The position numbers and the translations under genes are program-made. Positions 50,546 through 64,000 of a stretch of 64,000 nt of DNA are shown piece after piece; positions within the stretch are counted from its first letter, which is position 1; each line of letters starts with the position of its first letter. A model generated the notes under the pieces. It saw only the letters and a list, made by a program, of their open reading frames with translations, was not told the DNA's origin and did no database searches. The stretch is from Macrostomum lignano (lineage: Eukaryota): NCBI GenBank assembly GCA_002269645.1, contig NIVC01001716.1, positions 62,001 through 126,000 on the forward strand, given 5' to 3'.

Positions 50546-53500
50546 TGCGTGCGAGTGCAGCGTTTGTATCAATAGGGATCAAAAGAGGCCAGCAGGGATT
50601 AAAGAGAGCCTTTGCAACGCACTTCGCTCTCGTCTCGCCAATAAACAGTGAAGATGAGGGAGGCGCTGTCAAACTTGGCAATGAGGATGCTGGCTCATCT
50701 ACAGAAACAGGGGTATTGTAGATTGTAGAAATGCTAAAATGTTTCTTATGGTAAGTATCAATGATAAGCAGAGTATATACATATTGAATGTTATACTAAA
50801 ATCATTACAATACAGTTTCTATTATATCCTGCTTACCCTAAAAATTTAATGGGAGCTCAAGAATTTCATTCTTTCCTATCTCTTTCTAGACAATCATAAA
50901 ATGAAAATGCAATGTATATAAAATGCATCAAGTGCTAATCTATGTAGATATATAATGTATTTACATGAATATAGATTTTTAAACTGATTTTAAGGAACTA
51001 GAACCTAATGAAAACCAGAATCTTGAATTCCAGTATAGAAACAGCCAAAGCAAAGCAAGACATTGGGGCAAAAAACTTTGCCCCAAGAAACCCTTTGCAG
51101 AAAAACTTTAGCAAGAAACCTGACTGCGGGAAAATCTGATAGATGCATATAAATCAATATCAGTTATTTGTAAAGTATCACTAGAAACCTCAAGTCAAAT
51201 ATATTGTATTGTAATACAATATCTGGTTCATTAGAAAGTTCTCATAGTTTATGCAATGTTATATGATAAACCAATTTTTTAATATACCAAATGATAGATA
51301 TAGTCTATACCTATATATATATATTCATTTTATATAGAGAAAACATTCTAAAAAGTCTATCCAGATATTCATAATATTCTGAAAATTTCGAAAACTGCAA
51401 CTTTTTTAAAACTTTTGAATAATACTATATTAAAACTTTAAGAATATAAAATGGTTAGAATTTTTTATAAACAATTTTGACTTTGTAAAGGGTTTTAATA
51501 ATGTTAATTTTGACCTTTAACTCTTCTTTCATAGCTTAAACCTAAATCTATATAGCCTAGAATGTATAAAGAATAATGAATCAATATAATTACCAAAACA
51601 TAAAAAATGAAGTTTTTTAGGATATAGAGATTATTACATATAATATATAATTTTGCTAGAATAATTTAAGCATAATTCTAAGAACATTACAACTTGCTAT
51701 AAAACATATAATTATTTATAAATCTAACTTGTATTTTTAAATGCTATGTTTTGATACATTTTATGTAGATTCATACTTTGAAATAGTACATATAGGCCTA
51801 GCATTTACATAAAATATAAAAAACATATATATTATTTTCCAAAAATTTATTTAGGATTGGCATATACTGTGCCACCTTTCTAACTATAACTATGTTTATT
51901 TTTGTGTATTAGGGATGTTATAGTATCCTGAATTTCAAAATCATATCTTCAAATTAGTCCTTAGATATGATTTTGCTTTTTAGCATTAATAAAAACCTAG
52001 GCTAGGCCTAGGTGTTTTTTATGCAATAGAGATACTAATCATATTTTGACTTTCTAAATTGCATACTAAAATTTGACACTGATGCGATTTTGCCTCTTAG
52101 TGCTAACAAAAAACCTAGACTATAAACTTAATCTAAAGTTTATTAAATATAAAAAATTAGTTCAAATAAAAAGCAAAGTTTAGTACCTTGATTTTCTTTG
52201 CCTTATAATAGATATGAAACAAGAGACAGTATAGTATTCCCAATTTAATTGGGAGCAATAGATAGATGACCACCCTTCTATCCAAATGAATTTATAGAAT
52301 TTGAACATAATAATGCTAAAAATCTTATAAATGCATTATATATATGCTTGAGTTTTATAGGGTAGTTACCTTTTCCTTGGCCTTTCCCAAAGGACAAGAG
52401 AGTGTGTGCCCCAAAAAGAATAGGAGACTTTTAGGAAAATAGTCATTTAGGGGCTTTAGCCCTATTATCCCTTGAATTATCATAGCAAAGGAGTTAGAAT
52501 TCATTGAATTGGGAAATAATTATATGTAAAAAATACAAAAAGCTTGCATGTGTAGTAGCCATCCACCCAGTGTTTTAATTGCATACATGGCAGCTATCTT
52601 ATATATAGTAAGTCATATATTGTTTGAATTAATATTCAAATTAACAAAAAATAACAATGAATTAAGATTATATTTAGTATACATGGTGTATATAAAATCT
52701 AGGTTTATTTTTTGTGTGCTAAATATGCAAATTTTAAAATTCCACCCTGAAATTAAAAAGTGGATGTGGTTTAGGTGCAGTCTCTTAACCTATTTTTCCA
52801 TTAAAGCCTCATTTGCACTGCCTTAAAATAAAAAAGAGAAATTGCACCCTGGCCTTAAATCATATCTTAAAATTGAGCATAGGGAACAATTTTGCACCTT
52901 GTCTCTGGTGAAAAGTAAATCCTGTATAGGATAAAACATTATAAAACAATATATTAACAAAAATTTTTTGATCAGGTTTAGTTAGTAGCAATGCAAAAAT
53001 TTGAGAAAAAGGGTCCAATTTACTATAGTGCAATATAGGGCCTATAACCAGCTGCCAACTGCTGTGCTCGCAATTAAAACACTAGGTGGACAGCTGCTGT
53101 GCACACAAGCTCTCCGAAAAAATATAGGCATTTGCCTAGGTCTAAGACAAATACACTTTATTCCGGTACTAAGTTACAGTACTCTAGCTTTTAAACTACA
53201 AGGTAACATTGTGGTTATTCTGTAACGTCATAAATAGCAGGATTTTCTTTAATTCAAGTTCTAGAACTGTTTCAATCAATGTCATTTGAATTTGAACCTA
53301 AGCTAAGCTAAACAGAAACAGAAGCTAAACAGAAACGAAATCACTCGAGTGAACCGTGAAGATACAGAGGAAAGGTTGAAAAAACGACTAGATCGTTTAG
53401 AAAATTATAGTCTGCTTTTTGTAGGTTATAAATTTTAATTATAATAAAAACCATAAAAAATAAATGTACTGTGATCATAGATTCATGGACATGGCGGTGT

Positions 53501-54294
53501 GGGGTTTCGTTTATTATTTAAGCCTAAGGATACTTACCATATTTTTGCGAACTTCAAATGAAAAATATGTAAATGAGCTCAATGACTTTGACAAATCTTG
53601 AATGACTAGAATAAAATGCTATAAAATCTATAATTTAATCTACATAATAAAAATATAAATGGTCCCATTCGCTGCTGTTTCGAAGAAAAAACATAATGTT
53701 TAAATTTTCTAAATATTTTTAGTTTTCGTAATGTTTCTATTCGTAATTTTTCCGGGTTTTACGCGCAAAACACAACAAAGTCGATTTTTTTATGTAGTTG
53801 AGCAGAAAAAAGAAATATCCATATTTTAAATTATACAGGATATCAAGAGTCAACAAAAAAGTTCATGCATGTGCGTTTTTTATTTAACACTTAAGATTCG
53901 ATAGTTATTTATGGTATTTGTTCATCTTACAAATAACATGAATAAACAAGCAACAAAACATGTGAAATAAATTGATGACATCGTATTGAGCCTAGTTATC
54001 GAATTGGGTGTATATGTACTGATAAAAATAAGAATATTATTTCGTTCTTTCTAGGGTATCGTTATTGAATTGGCAGTAATAGCAAATGACAGGATAAAAT
54101 TAAATGACAAATTTTAGAGGATTAGAATTATTGTTTGCAATATTTATGCATGTATAAGAGTATGTATATGTGTATGTGCACGTTAAAATTCTGAGTTACG
54201 AGCTATAAATATTAAAATTAAGAAAAATATTTATCACTCTCAGCCAGCTGTCTTTGGGTTATTTTATATCTCTTTAGTTACATGATCTGCACAT

Positions 54295-55565
54295 TCATTC
54301 CCTGCACAGCCTATTAGCCCGTGTATACAACTGTTCTACCGTCATGTCGCAACTGAGGCGTACTCTGGCGTAGCGATCGTCGTTGTCATCACCTTGACGG
54401 CAATTACTGCCGCCGTCGTAATTGTTATCATCTTCTTCAGAATCTGTTACCCTTCGTTGTCCTTCAGACTGCAGTTTAGCTGATGGCAGCTGCGGTTGGC
54501 AGGTCAAATATTTTTTAATTTAGTTTTAATGGGTGTTTTGAATTCGTTAAGACAATTGCATGCAAATTTATTTGTGCAAAAAAAGCATTAATTGCATGTA
54601 GTTTAACTGCTCAAGGACTAATCTGAATAAATGGGGAATAGAATCCTCACCGACATGCTGGGATTCGGCGGCCAAAACTCTGTCCACTCGTCGGCGCTGC
54701 TGTCGCAGTGAATTCTGATAGTGCCACCATTTTTAGCGCCAAGATTCTTTTGGCTTGGCGTCTTCTTCCTGGTTTGGGAAGATTTTACTGACGTTGCAGA
54801 CTTTTTTGTCTTCCTTTTCTTGCCGCTGCGCTTGCTTTCGCTGCGAGTCCCTCGCCTGCCCAGCTGTGATGCCTCAGCGGCAGTGCTTGAATTGCTGCCG
54901 TCGTGCAGCGCCGCCGCGATTAGGCGCAGCTGACGCTTCTTCTCGGCGTCCGCCAGCTGCTGCTCCTTGCTGTGCTGGCTGTTCTGGAAGGGGATGGACA
55001 CAAATGCTGACGCGACTGAGACGCATTAGCCACTGCGAACAATCATAGGTAAAGATCATATAAATGTAATCTGTGGGTAGATCGTCACAAGGTCCCTGGA
55101 TAGATCATCACAGGTTTATATGTACATGTACTTCAATTAGATCATTACAGATCTGTGGGTAGATCATATCACAGGTCTATGGGTAGATACAGGTCTGTGG
55201 GTAGATAATTACAGGTCTGTAGGTACATCCTTACAGGTCTGTGGGAAGATCATTACAGGTCTGTGGGTAGATGTCATTACAGGTCTGTGGGTAGATGTCA
55301 TTACAGGTCTGTGAGTAGAAACCATTACAGGTCTGTGGGTAAATTATTACAGTTCTGTGGGAAGATCAGGTCAGGTCTCTAGCATGGTCAAAGGCCCGGA
55401 GCCATGTGCAGCATCGCCACTCACCAAATTGTACATGTCCAGTTTAGCAGCCAATTCAGTGACAAACTGCCTATCAGTAACTTTAGGCGACCGATCGCCC
55501 ATGATCTGTTCGTAGCGACTTCGGCTCTGATGCCGCTGAGCTGCCAGAACCGCGGCTGCCGACAT
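54295..55565 (-). CDS. Uncharacterised 3-exon protein (~222 aa); exons 55565-55425, 54983-54651, 54489-54295
   Basis: ATG...AATTTG|GTGAGT; CCCCTTCCAG|AAC...ATGTCG|GTGAGG; CCAACCGCAG|CTG...TGA; all phase 0, no stops; K/R-rich central region. Confidence 0.65.
55070..55372. repeat. ~23-bp degenerate minisatellite, orphan gene intron 1
   Basis: Unit ACAGGTCTGTGGGTAGATCATT. Confidence 0.8.
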
Positions 55566-55904
55566 TGTGCTCTCTGTGTATAGCTGTATGCCTCTTGAGT
55601 CCAAGTCTAAGACCGAGCCTTTGGCTGTCTTTGAGCTACTGTATAGTTATAAACCCATGTATAAGTGCTGCTCTTTTATCTATTTTAAAACACCGATGCC
55701 AAGGATTTCTATAATTAACATCTGAAATGGAAAGCCTCAAGCTGCACTCCCCTCAAGGTCGTCACATCAACATGTATATGAACGAAACTAAATGTATCCG
55801 ATTTATTTATAAATCTACTCAGAACTAAATGTTTACATGTATACTCCGACAGGACCCAACTAATAGCTATGCTTGTTTTCCTAAAGTTCGAATTTGAAGG
55901 CGCC

Positions 55905-56315
55905 AGCACTAGGGAATGCCAACAACAGGGAACCCCAGCGCAAGGGGGCGCCAGCACCAAGGGGCGCCAGCACCAAGGGCGCCAGCACCAAGGGCGCCAG
56001 CACCAAGGGCGCCAGCACCAAGGGCGCCAGCACCAAGGGCGCCAGCACCAAGGGCGCCAGCACCAAGGGCGCCAGCACCAAGGGCGCCAGCACCAAGGGC
56101 GCCAGCACCAAGGGGCGCCAGCACCAAGGGCGCCAGCACCAAGGGGCGCCAGCACCAAGGGCGCCAGCACCAAGGGCGCCAGCACCAAGGGCGCCAGCAC
56201 CAAGGGCGCCAGCACCAAGGGGCGCCAGCACCAAGGGGCGCCAGCACCAAGGGGCGCCAGCACCAAGGGGCGCCAGCACCAAGGGGCGCCAGCACCAAGG
56301 GGCGCCAGCACCAAG
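55905..56315. repeat. 15-17-bp GC-rich minisatellite
   Basis: Unit GGCGCCAGCACCAAG(G)(G). Confidence 0.95.
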
Positions 56316-57099
56316 GGAAATGACAGGAAAATGAAGAGGGCCTGGAAGTGGCGAGTTTCCAAACCAGACTCTGAAATAAAGTAACTCCTTGGCCTACTTC
56401 GCATTCAGAGCGCACTCATCAAGGCTTTAAGATTTTAAGTAGGAGAGACTAAAAGACAGGACAGGCAAGCTCATTGGACAACATTTGCACCCTGAAATAA
56501 TAAGAGGGAGGGCCCACACTAAGGTAAGGGCTTCTGCAACTGCAGAGATAATTTCGGCTATGCAGAGACAATCAAGACTCAAGCTACACATGAACTTCAT
56601 TTAGTGGTGCTTGTTTTAAAGCGCTACTGCGCTCGTGCGGTAAAGACAGAGAGGGCGCCGGTGCAAGAGCTGAAAATGCCTTGTAGCTACAGAATATTCT
56701 GCACCGCATGGACTCGTTCACCTGATATTACGAGTATCACAGCCACACGGCAAACTTTGTACCTTTGAAAAATGCAAATTGGGTGTAAATATGTCTGAAT
56801 TTGAGTCAGGGTTTCATTTTTTTCTAAAAAGGGCAAAGTGCTCTTTTAATTAAAGTGACAAACAGAATATTTAGTCGTAACATTGAGAGACAAAAACTTT
56901 ACATGTATAGTTTCAAAGTGTTTAAGAACTTGATTTTTGGAAGGTCAGCATTAGACAAAATATTGTTCTGTTCATAGAAGGACACATTCTTCTTTAATTG
57001 GATTTCTTAAAAATAGGCTCTACCCTCTGACCGCAAAAGGGCACTGCTAATCACTGTCCTCCAATGCCTAAGGTAACCGCGCTGAGGGGCTGGAAGGTC

Positions 57100-59490
57100 G
57101 GGGAGCCAAACCGGCCGCTAGCAGTTTTCTTGATTTCTTTTTCCTCCTTTCTTCTGTGACTCAGCTCACCCCTTCCCGCTTCAGCCATGGCTTCTACCGC
57201 CCGAAAAATCCCGCTGAAGCCGGGACCCCGGCAACTCCGGCCGGTGACTCCGGTGCCAGCGCCGCCTCACCGGGGGCAGATGGGCTCGTCGCCGGCTTGT
57301 CTGGCGACAAGCCCACACGTGCACCCGGGCCCTCCGCGGAGGTCCGACGTGCTCGCAACCAACGCCGTAATGAGCGGCGACGGCGACAACGAGGAGCTAC
57401 GGGCCGGCCACCTGCGGAGGGGGAACCTAGGGAGGGCGAGGCTGCTGTTGGGCTGAAAGAAACCACAGCGACCCGTCCCCCAGGATACAACCACCGCTGG
57501 TGAGCCACCCAGCAAACCTGCACTGCAGCGCGGCCAGACTGTAGGGAACCGCCGCCACCAACTACGCCTCCACTAGCTCCAACCGGCGGTCATCGTCTTC
57601 GGAAAGTAGCAAGACCTCCCTGCCGATGAACTCGACAGTGCCTGGCGCACCATCGATGCTGCGCTCATTGACCAGCTCCTGGCAGGCCGCCCTGTGAGTG
57701 TGGTCAGCTCAGCCAAGACCGTGCAACTCTCGCAGTCTACGCAAAGCTAAACTGGCCAGAAAAGCTCGGCAAACTCGTCTTCGCCGGCGAGGGCGAACGA
57801 CAAAAGACCCAGCGCTCCCGGTCGGCAGTACCATTAAGTCCGGAGATCAGCTTAGGCAGATCCTACTAATAAAGCTGCACCCTGACCTCGAAGTCAACGG
57901 AGAAGGGGGCTGCGGTGATCCTAGGGCTCTCTGACGCCTACATGTAAGTCCACAATTCACCTTGGCCTGACTAAGCTGACCATCCTCCGCTGTGAGGAGC
58001 GGAAAGCTGATGAAGTCAAGCATGCCGAGGCTTCCGAAACCGGAACTGGGGCCCAGGCTCCTCCGGCAAAGAAGCTGAGGCAAACGGCTGACCCCCAGCC
58101 CAGTGAGGCAGTTTGCTCTGCTGAAACCGGCAATCGCAACCGCGGACCTGCTAGGAGCACTCGGAGGTCCGGTCTGATTCAGCGTGCGCTGGACCAGGCC
58201 AAGAGCCTCTGGGCGCATCTTCAGCGGGTCCGCATTCCAGAAGGCCAGGCTGTAGGCGGGGAGGCTCTGAACAACTGGCTCGAGTCTGCGACTCACCAGG
58301 AGGCTGGCGTTACCCGCATCGACCTGACCGACGAGGCGGAGGGTCTGGGTAGTGACGGCACCGAAGCACGCAGGGAGGCGACGGTAACGTCCACGCTGGG
58401 CTCAGGCCCGCGGAGGACTCCACAGCCACCCTAACTGCCGAGGACGCTGAAACTCCCATGCGTTACGCCAAGCTCGACATGCCGGGGCTCATCCTCGTCC
58501 AGGAACCATGGACCCTGAAAGGTAAGCCTCAGAACGCCCCGTCCGGCTACAACTTTTTTATACTTACCCTCGCGAGGCCAACCAGCCTCCTAGAGCCTGC
58601 ATCTTTACGGTCAAAACGCTCAGTGCGTGGCTCAGATCGAACCTGTGTGTAAGAGGGACATCTGTGTCATCCAATCCGAGGACCTGCTTTCTGGAAAGAC
58701 CACCCTCAAAGCCTCGGTTTACCTAGCAGGCGATGCTGCGGTCGTCCACAGAGCCCTAGCTACGCTGGTCGAGCTCTGCTCTGCCAAAAACTACGAGCTC
58801 AATGGACCAGCACGGGCATTAATCAGAGGACCTCCTAGCCTACGTTGCATCGACGACCCTCGAGTTCTGCAACTCGTGGACCCCTACATTTGACAAGGAC
58901 GGTGGTCGGAGGTGATCGATGCCACACTCGCAACGCCCAGACTCAACCAGAGCATTGGGGCGTGGCATGTGCTTTCCAGCGCCCTCACTCTCCGATCACA
59001 AGTTCATCTCCTTCAACCTGATGGCCGCACGCAGCCCAAATCGCGTTACGTGGACACGGAACGCCAGAAACACTGATTGGGAAACCTTCGGGATCACCCT
59101 GAAGGAGTTCCATCTGTCTTCCGGCCAACCATCCACACGATCACATCGTGCCAAGAAGCGGATGAGTGCGCGACTGTGCTGACAGAAACGCTAACCGCCG
59201 CCTTTGAGGCTTCCTGCCCTTTAAAAGCCTATAGGGAAAAGGGAAAAATCTGTGCCGTCGTGGAATCCCGAGCTCGGCGACCTCCGCCACAGAGCTAAGA
59301 GACTCCACCGCAGAGCAAATAAAACCAAGAGCCCAGCGGACCAAACCGCCTATCATGAAGCAACAATCCATGAGTTTAAAAGGCAGGTTAGGAACGCGAA
59401 AGCTCAGCAATGGCGTCAATACTGCGAGGAGCTAGAGGGCTCGCACCCCACCTCCAGAATTGTGAAAGTGCTTACGCTGGAAACAATGTC
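57100..59490 (+). mobile_element. Degenerate non-LTR retrotransposon (R1/LOA-like, APE type), 3'-truncated before the RT domain
   Basis: Broken ORF1 (57187-~58430); APE motifs LILVQEPW and LSDHKFISF; linker RNTDWETF, AFEASCP, WNPELGDLR...RQVRNAKAQQWRQYCEEL in shifting frames. Confidence 0.85.
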
Positions 59491-59519
59491 TAAATGTGCT
59501 CAATTCACAATCGGGTTTC

Positions 59520-60055
59520 TTAGAAATAAGGCCGATGATGACGAGTCGAGCTCAATCCTAAATTGAGTTTCTTAGAAATACGGGTAGGTTCTATGATTGA
59601 CGAGCTCAATCCTAAATTGGGTTTCTTAGAAATACGGTTAGGCTCTATGATTGACGAGCTCAATCCTAAATTGGGTTTCTTATAAAAACGGTTAGGCTCT
59701 ATGATTGACGAGCTCAATCCTAAATTGGGTTTCTTAGAAATACGGTTAGGCTCTATGATTGACGAGCTCAATCCTAAATTGGGTTTCTTATAAAAACGGT
59801 TAGGCTCTATGATTGACGAGCTCAATCCTAAATTGGGTTTCTTAGAAATACGGTTAGGCTCTATGATTGACGAGCTCAATCCTAAATTGGGTTTCTTAGA
59901 AATACGGTTAGGCTCTATGATTGACGAGCTCAATCCTAAATTGGGTTTCTTAGAAATACGCTTAGGCTCTATGATTGACGAGCTCAATCCTAAATTGGGT
60001 TTCTTATAAAAACGGTTAGGCTCTATGATTGACGAGCTCAATCCTAAATTGGGTT
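59520..60055. repeat. 54-bp minisatellite
   Basis: Unit GAGCTCAATCCTAAATTGGGTTTCTTAGAAATACGGTTAGGCTCTATGATTGAC. Confidence 0.95.
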
Positions 60056-60574
60056 TATCTCTCGAGACTATAGAGTTTATCGAGAATAGTACGAGTGTAC
60101 AGCAGCCCTGACTTTCTCATCGACAGCCTTGAGGGATTGGCCCTCGTGATCATTTGGTCCCATTTGTGCGACAGTGTGACCTGGCCTGGACAACTGGAAA
60201 ATGATTGTCCCGTATCTCATGACAATGTCTAAATAAAGCCTTTGTTTAACCAAGCATTCAAACCAGAGGTGAGAGGGTACACTGCTCAAGCAAGAGATCA
60301 AATATAATTAATCACAAGCAAATATTGACACGGCATCATGAGCACCCGTGCAGCCTGACCAACAGACAGACAGCTCCTCCCTCATCATCTCAGCTTCGAC
60401 TGTGTAAGGAAGCGCATATACATGTAGCTAGGCATTACTTTGTGTCCCAAACTGCACTAGTCAGTCTGCAGTCAGATGTTGTTGAGAGTTGCTTTTACAG
60501 ACCCCCGAACTTCACATTATCCAGTTTTTACAATGCCAAAATTTCATGATGCTAAAGGTTCACAAACAACCAAT

Positions 60575-60990
60575 GTTTATTACACACGGCCTTTTACAAC
60601 CCCAATGTTAATTACACACGGCCTTTTACAACCCCAATGTTTATTACACACGGCCTTTCACAACCCCAATGTTTATTACACACGGCCTTTCAGAACCCTA
60701 ATGTTTATTACACACGGCCTTTCAGAACCCTAATGTTTATTACACACGGCCTTTCAGAACCCTAATGTTTATTACACACGGCCTTTCAGAACCCTAATGT
60801 TTATTACACACGGCCTTTCAGAACCCTAATGTTTATTACACACGGCCTTTCACAACCCTAATGTTTATTACACACGGCCTTTCAGAACCCTAATTTTTAT
60901 TACACATCGCCTTTCACAACCCCAATGTTTATTACACACGCACTTTCACAACCCTCAATTTTAAGTACACACGCAGCTTCATAACTCCCA
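60575..60990. repeat. 32-bp minisatellite
   Basis: Unit TTTATTACACACGGCCTTTCAGAACCCTAATG. Confidence 0.9.
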
Positions 60991-61606
60991 ATTTTGAACA
61001 GCATTGGGTTTGTGAACTTGAGTGTTATTTGCGAATGTGAAACATCCCTTAGCTTTAAAAAGCAATTAAACGACTATAAACAGTTTACTTGTAAAATTTG
61101 CTTAATATAATACTAGTAAATAGTATAGCAAATAGCATGTAATTACGATAGGGTAAATATGCTTGTATATTTTCTATAAATAATAAAGCTCAAAACCATA
61201 TAGCAAATTTATACATTTATAATATATCATCATTCAATTAAAATCGAATAGATTCGCAAGATGACCGCATCTGCATTGACTAAGGTGTGACAATATCAGA
61301 CAGGCATAGGAGTACATATTTTGAGACCGAATAATACCAAAATTCGAGCAAGCAACAGAGAAAAAAGATTAAAACCTACGTCATGCTTAGTTTAACGTTA
61401 ATAACTGTAAGTTAGAAAGACGCAATTACTCGTACTATAGTCTGTAAAGTAATATAAATATGTACAACAATGAATAAAATAAACAAAATAAACAAAATCT
61501 TCGGCTAGCAGAACCGAAGCGAGCTATTTTTGATAATTTTATTGGAAGCTATTTGGGAAAATATTATCTAGGCAAGAATATCATTGATAGACTTATCCAC
61601 TTAAAT

Positions 61607-61909
61607 GGGGTGCCGTGGCCCAGCCTCGATTACCAAGTGCAGTCACATTAATTTTATGGCTAAATCGGAATCTCAGCTTGGCTCTGCTCGTGCAATTAAC
61701 GCCCTTGAAGGCCAACCCCCCAAGGCACAGTGAAGTGTACATGCTAAACGATAAAATAAAGTTAGGGCCGCTGTACACTCCTGTGCTTGTGTGCCTGCTC
61801 AGGGGAGTTGGCGGAATGGGCAGTTATGCCTCTCGCCGGTTGTGTGACAATGTCGCTTAAAGTGCGCCAGGGTGCACACAGCTCTCTGCCTCTAATTAAA
61901 AACCAAAAC
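61607..61909 (+). mobile_element. tRNA-SINE family copy with internally deleted head
   Basis: Body and 3' domain match 3932-4297; flanking direct repeat TATCCACTTA at 61594-61603 and 61910-61919. Confidence 0.8.
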
Positions 61910-62726
61910 TATCCACTTATAAATCTTTTTGATATTTGCAACCCAGATGAAACTCCAACTGTCTCGCAGGCTTAACAATGATGAAAAGTTTTTAAGAAAA
62001 AACTATTATTCCAGCCTACTGTTAAGTAGTCAGATATGTCCATTTTGGCCATAGACTGCGTCGTTTTAATCTTCTAAAAATAATTCGAAACTAAGAGTAA
62101 ACCATGCGCGCTCTGAAACACTGACCAGAGAGACGGATCAAAAACGGAGGGATCAATACAATTTGGACGAAAAAGCAAATAAACAAAGATTTTCGCGTTA
62201 ACAGAAAACGGAGGCTAACTTATAAGAAAGCAACAAAGACACAACTCAGTAATAATAGAGCATTTAAATATCTGTGGAAATAATCCGGATGAAATATATA
62301 ATGATTTACAACTTCCTGTTTCATAAATATTAGTTTCTATTCCGCAGTTTGTCTTATCATTATTAGCCACACGCAACAAATATACTACTGATCAGTAGCT
62401 CTAAACACAAATGAACAGTAAAAATGTGTTTAAAAGCATAAAATTGAACTAGCAAATTAGGCATTACTACACAAGCACAGCGTGTGTATTCAGAGGTTCA
62501 GAGCATAGCCCAAACAATTTAAACAAATTAATTTACAGTTCCGGAGACTCCCAATTTACCGGACGCGAGTCCGAACGCTCCGATTTCGTGATTCGAACCT
62601 GACCGATTGGGAGTTCTGAAAGGGATTTGGGAAGCAAAGTAAGACACCGCTTTTTTGACTAGAAAAAAGTTACGCAGTCTAGCAGTGTGCTGAGTTTGTG
62701 GGAATCAAAGGGTTCCTTAAACCTAA

Positions 62727-63783
62727 CCCACTGATCACCTGGGGCACTGCAACAACCCACTGATCACCTGGGGCACTGCAACAACCCACTGATCACCTGG
62801 GGCACTGCAACAACCCACTGATCACCTGGGGCACTGCAACAACCCACTGATCACCTGGGGCACTGCAACAACCCACTGATCACCTGGGGCACTGCAACAA
62901 CCCACTGATCACCTGGGGCACTGCAACAACCCACTGATCATCTGGGGCACTGCAACAACCCACTGATCATCTGGGGCACTGCAACAATCCACTGATCACC
63001 TGGGGCACTGCAACAACCCACTGATCACCTGGGGCATTGCAACAACCCACTGATCACCTGGGGCACTGCAACAATCCACTGATCACCTGGGGCACTGCAA
63101 CAATCCACTGATCACCTGGGGCACTGCAACAACCCACTGATCACCTGGGGCACTGCAACAACCCACTGATCACCTGGGGCACTGCAACAATCCACTGATC
63201 ACCTGGGGCACTGCAACAACCCACTGATCACCTGGGGCACTGCAACAACCCACTGATCACCTGGGGCACTGCAACAATCCACTGATCACCTGGGGCACTG
63301 CAACAACCCACTGATCACCTGGGGCACTGCAACAACCCACTGATCACCTGGGGCATTGCAACAACCCACTGATCACCTGGGGCACTGCAACAATCCACTG
63401 ATCACCTGGGGCACTGCAACAACCCACTGATCAACTGGGGCACTGCAACAACCCACTGATCACCTGGGGCACTGCAACAATCCACTGATCACCTGGGGCA
63501 CTGCAACAACCCACTGATCACCTGGGGCACTGCAACAACCCACTGATCACCTGGGGCACTGCAACAATCCACTGATCACCTGGGGCACTGCAACAATCCA
63601 CTGATCACCTGGGGCACTGCAACAACCCACTGATCACCTGGGGCATTGCAACAACCCACTGATCACCTGGGGCACTGCAACAACCCACTGATCACCTGGG
63701 GCACTGCAACAACCCACTGATCACCTGGGGCACTGCAACAACCCACTGATCACATGGGGCACTGCAACAACCCACTGATCACT
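62727..63783. repeat. 29-bp minisatellite
   Basis: Unit CCACTGATCACCTGGGGCACTGCAACAAC. Confidence 0.97.
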
Positions 63784-64000
63784 GTAGAAATAAACTGCTA
63801 TATAAAGCTACATCACTTCGCACTGTCATTATACACGAATCAGTTCAGAACCTTCACCATTATAGTTAATTAGGCAGTTAACCAAGCATATTGAGCATAT
63901 TATCCGGGTAAATGCAAGTTTGAGTTACAAAATGCACTATAAATATGCAGCCAATTTTAGTATCATGAAAACTGTGTAATGGAAATTCCAATTCAATTCT

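Noticed and set aside
56636-56660. Spliced-leader RNA gene
   Set aside because: Only a short resemblance (CGGTAAAGAC); no donor plus Sm-site arrangement.
57016-57125. HDV-like ribozyme at the LINE 5' end
   Set aside because: Crossed pairings exist (57016-57032 with 57096-57107; 57043-57049 with 57119-57125) but P3/L3 length and the P1.1 GG do not fit; an Infernal/RNArobo search would settle it.
62727-63783. CRISPR-like or hammerhead-like reading of regular arrays
   Set aside because: No unique spacers, eukaryotic context, and CTGATCA units lack the CTGATGA/GAAA hammerhead core.

Overview
Eukaryotic (metazoan) genomic DNA with GC-rich spliced exons separated by introns packed with tandem repeats. 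This architecture, with polyQ/polyG-rich exons, suggests a free-living flatworm such as Macrostomum (inference only). All gene models were reconstructed by hand from GT/AG sites and phase continuity. On +: ZC3H15/DFRP1 (4 exons, 5592-12312); a PDLIM/Zasp-type PDZ protein with a long Q-rich tail (7 exons, 14815-23037); and a DEG/ENaC channel gene that needs single-base frameshift corrections and lacks TM2 (24571-~30082). On -: a complete diacylglycerol kinase theta (11 exons, 50545-31712); a 3-exon orphan gene (55565-54295); and the 5' end of a probable secreted protein (424-<1). Mobile elements: a tRNA-derived SINE family (3 copies plus a fragment), a CORE-like SINE relic, MITEs, a gypsy RT relic and a 3'-truncated R1/LOA-like LINE. 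The most striking pattern is that nearly every intron carries its own distinct minisatellite, several traceable to MITE or tRNA-SINE motifs. The long ORFs in the supplied track are mostly translations of these repeats.
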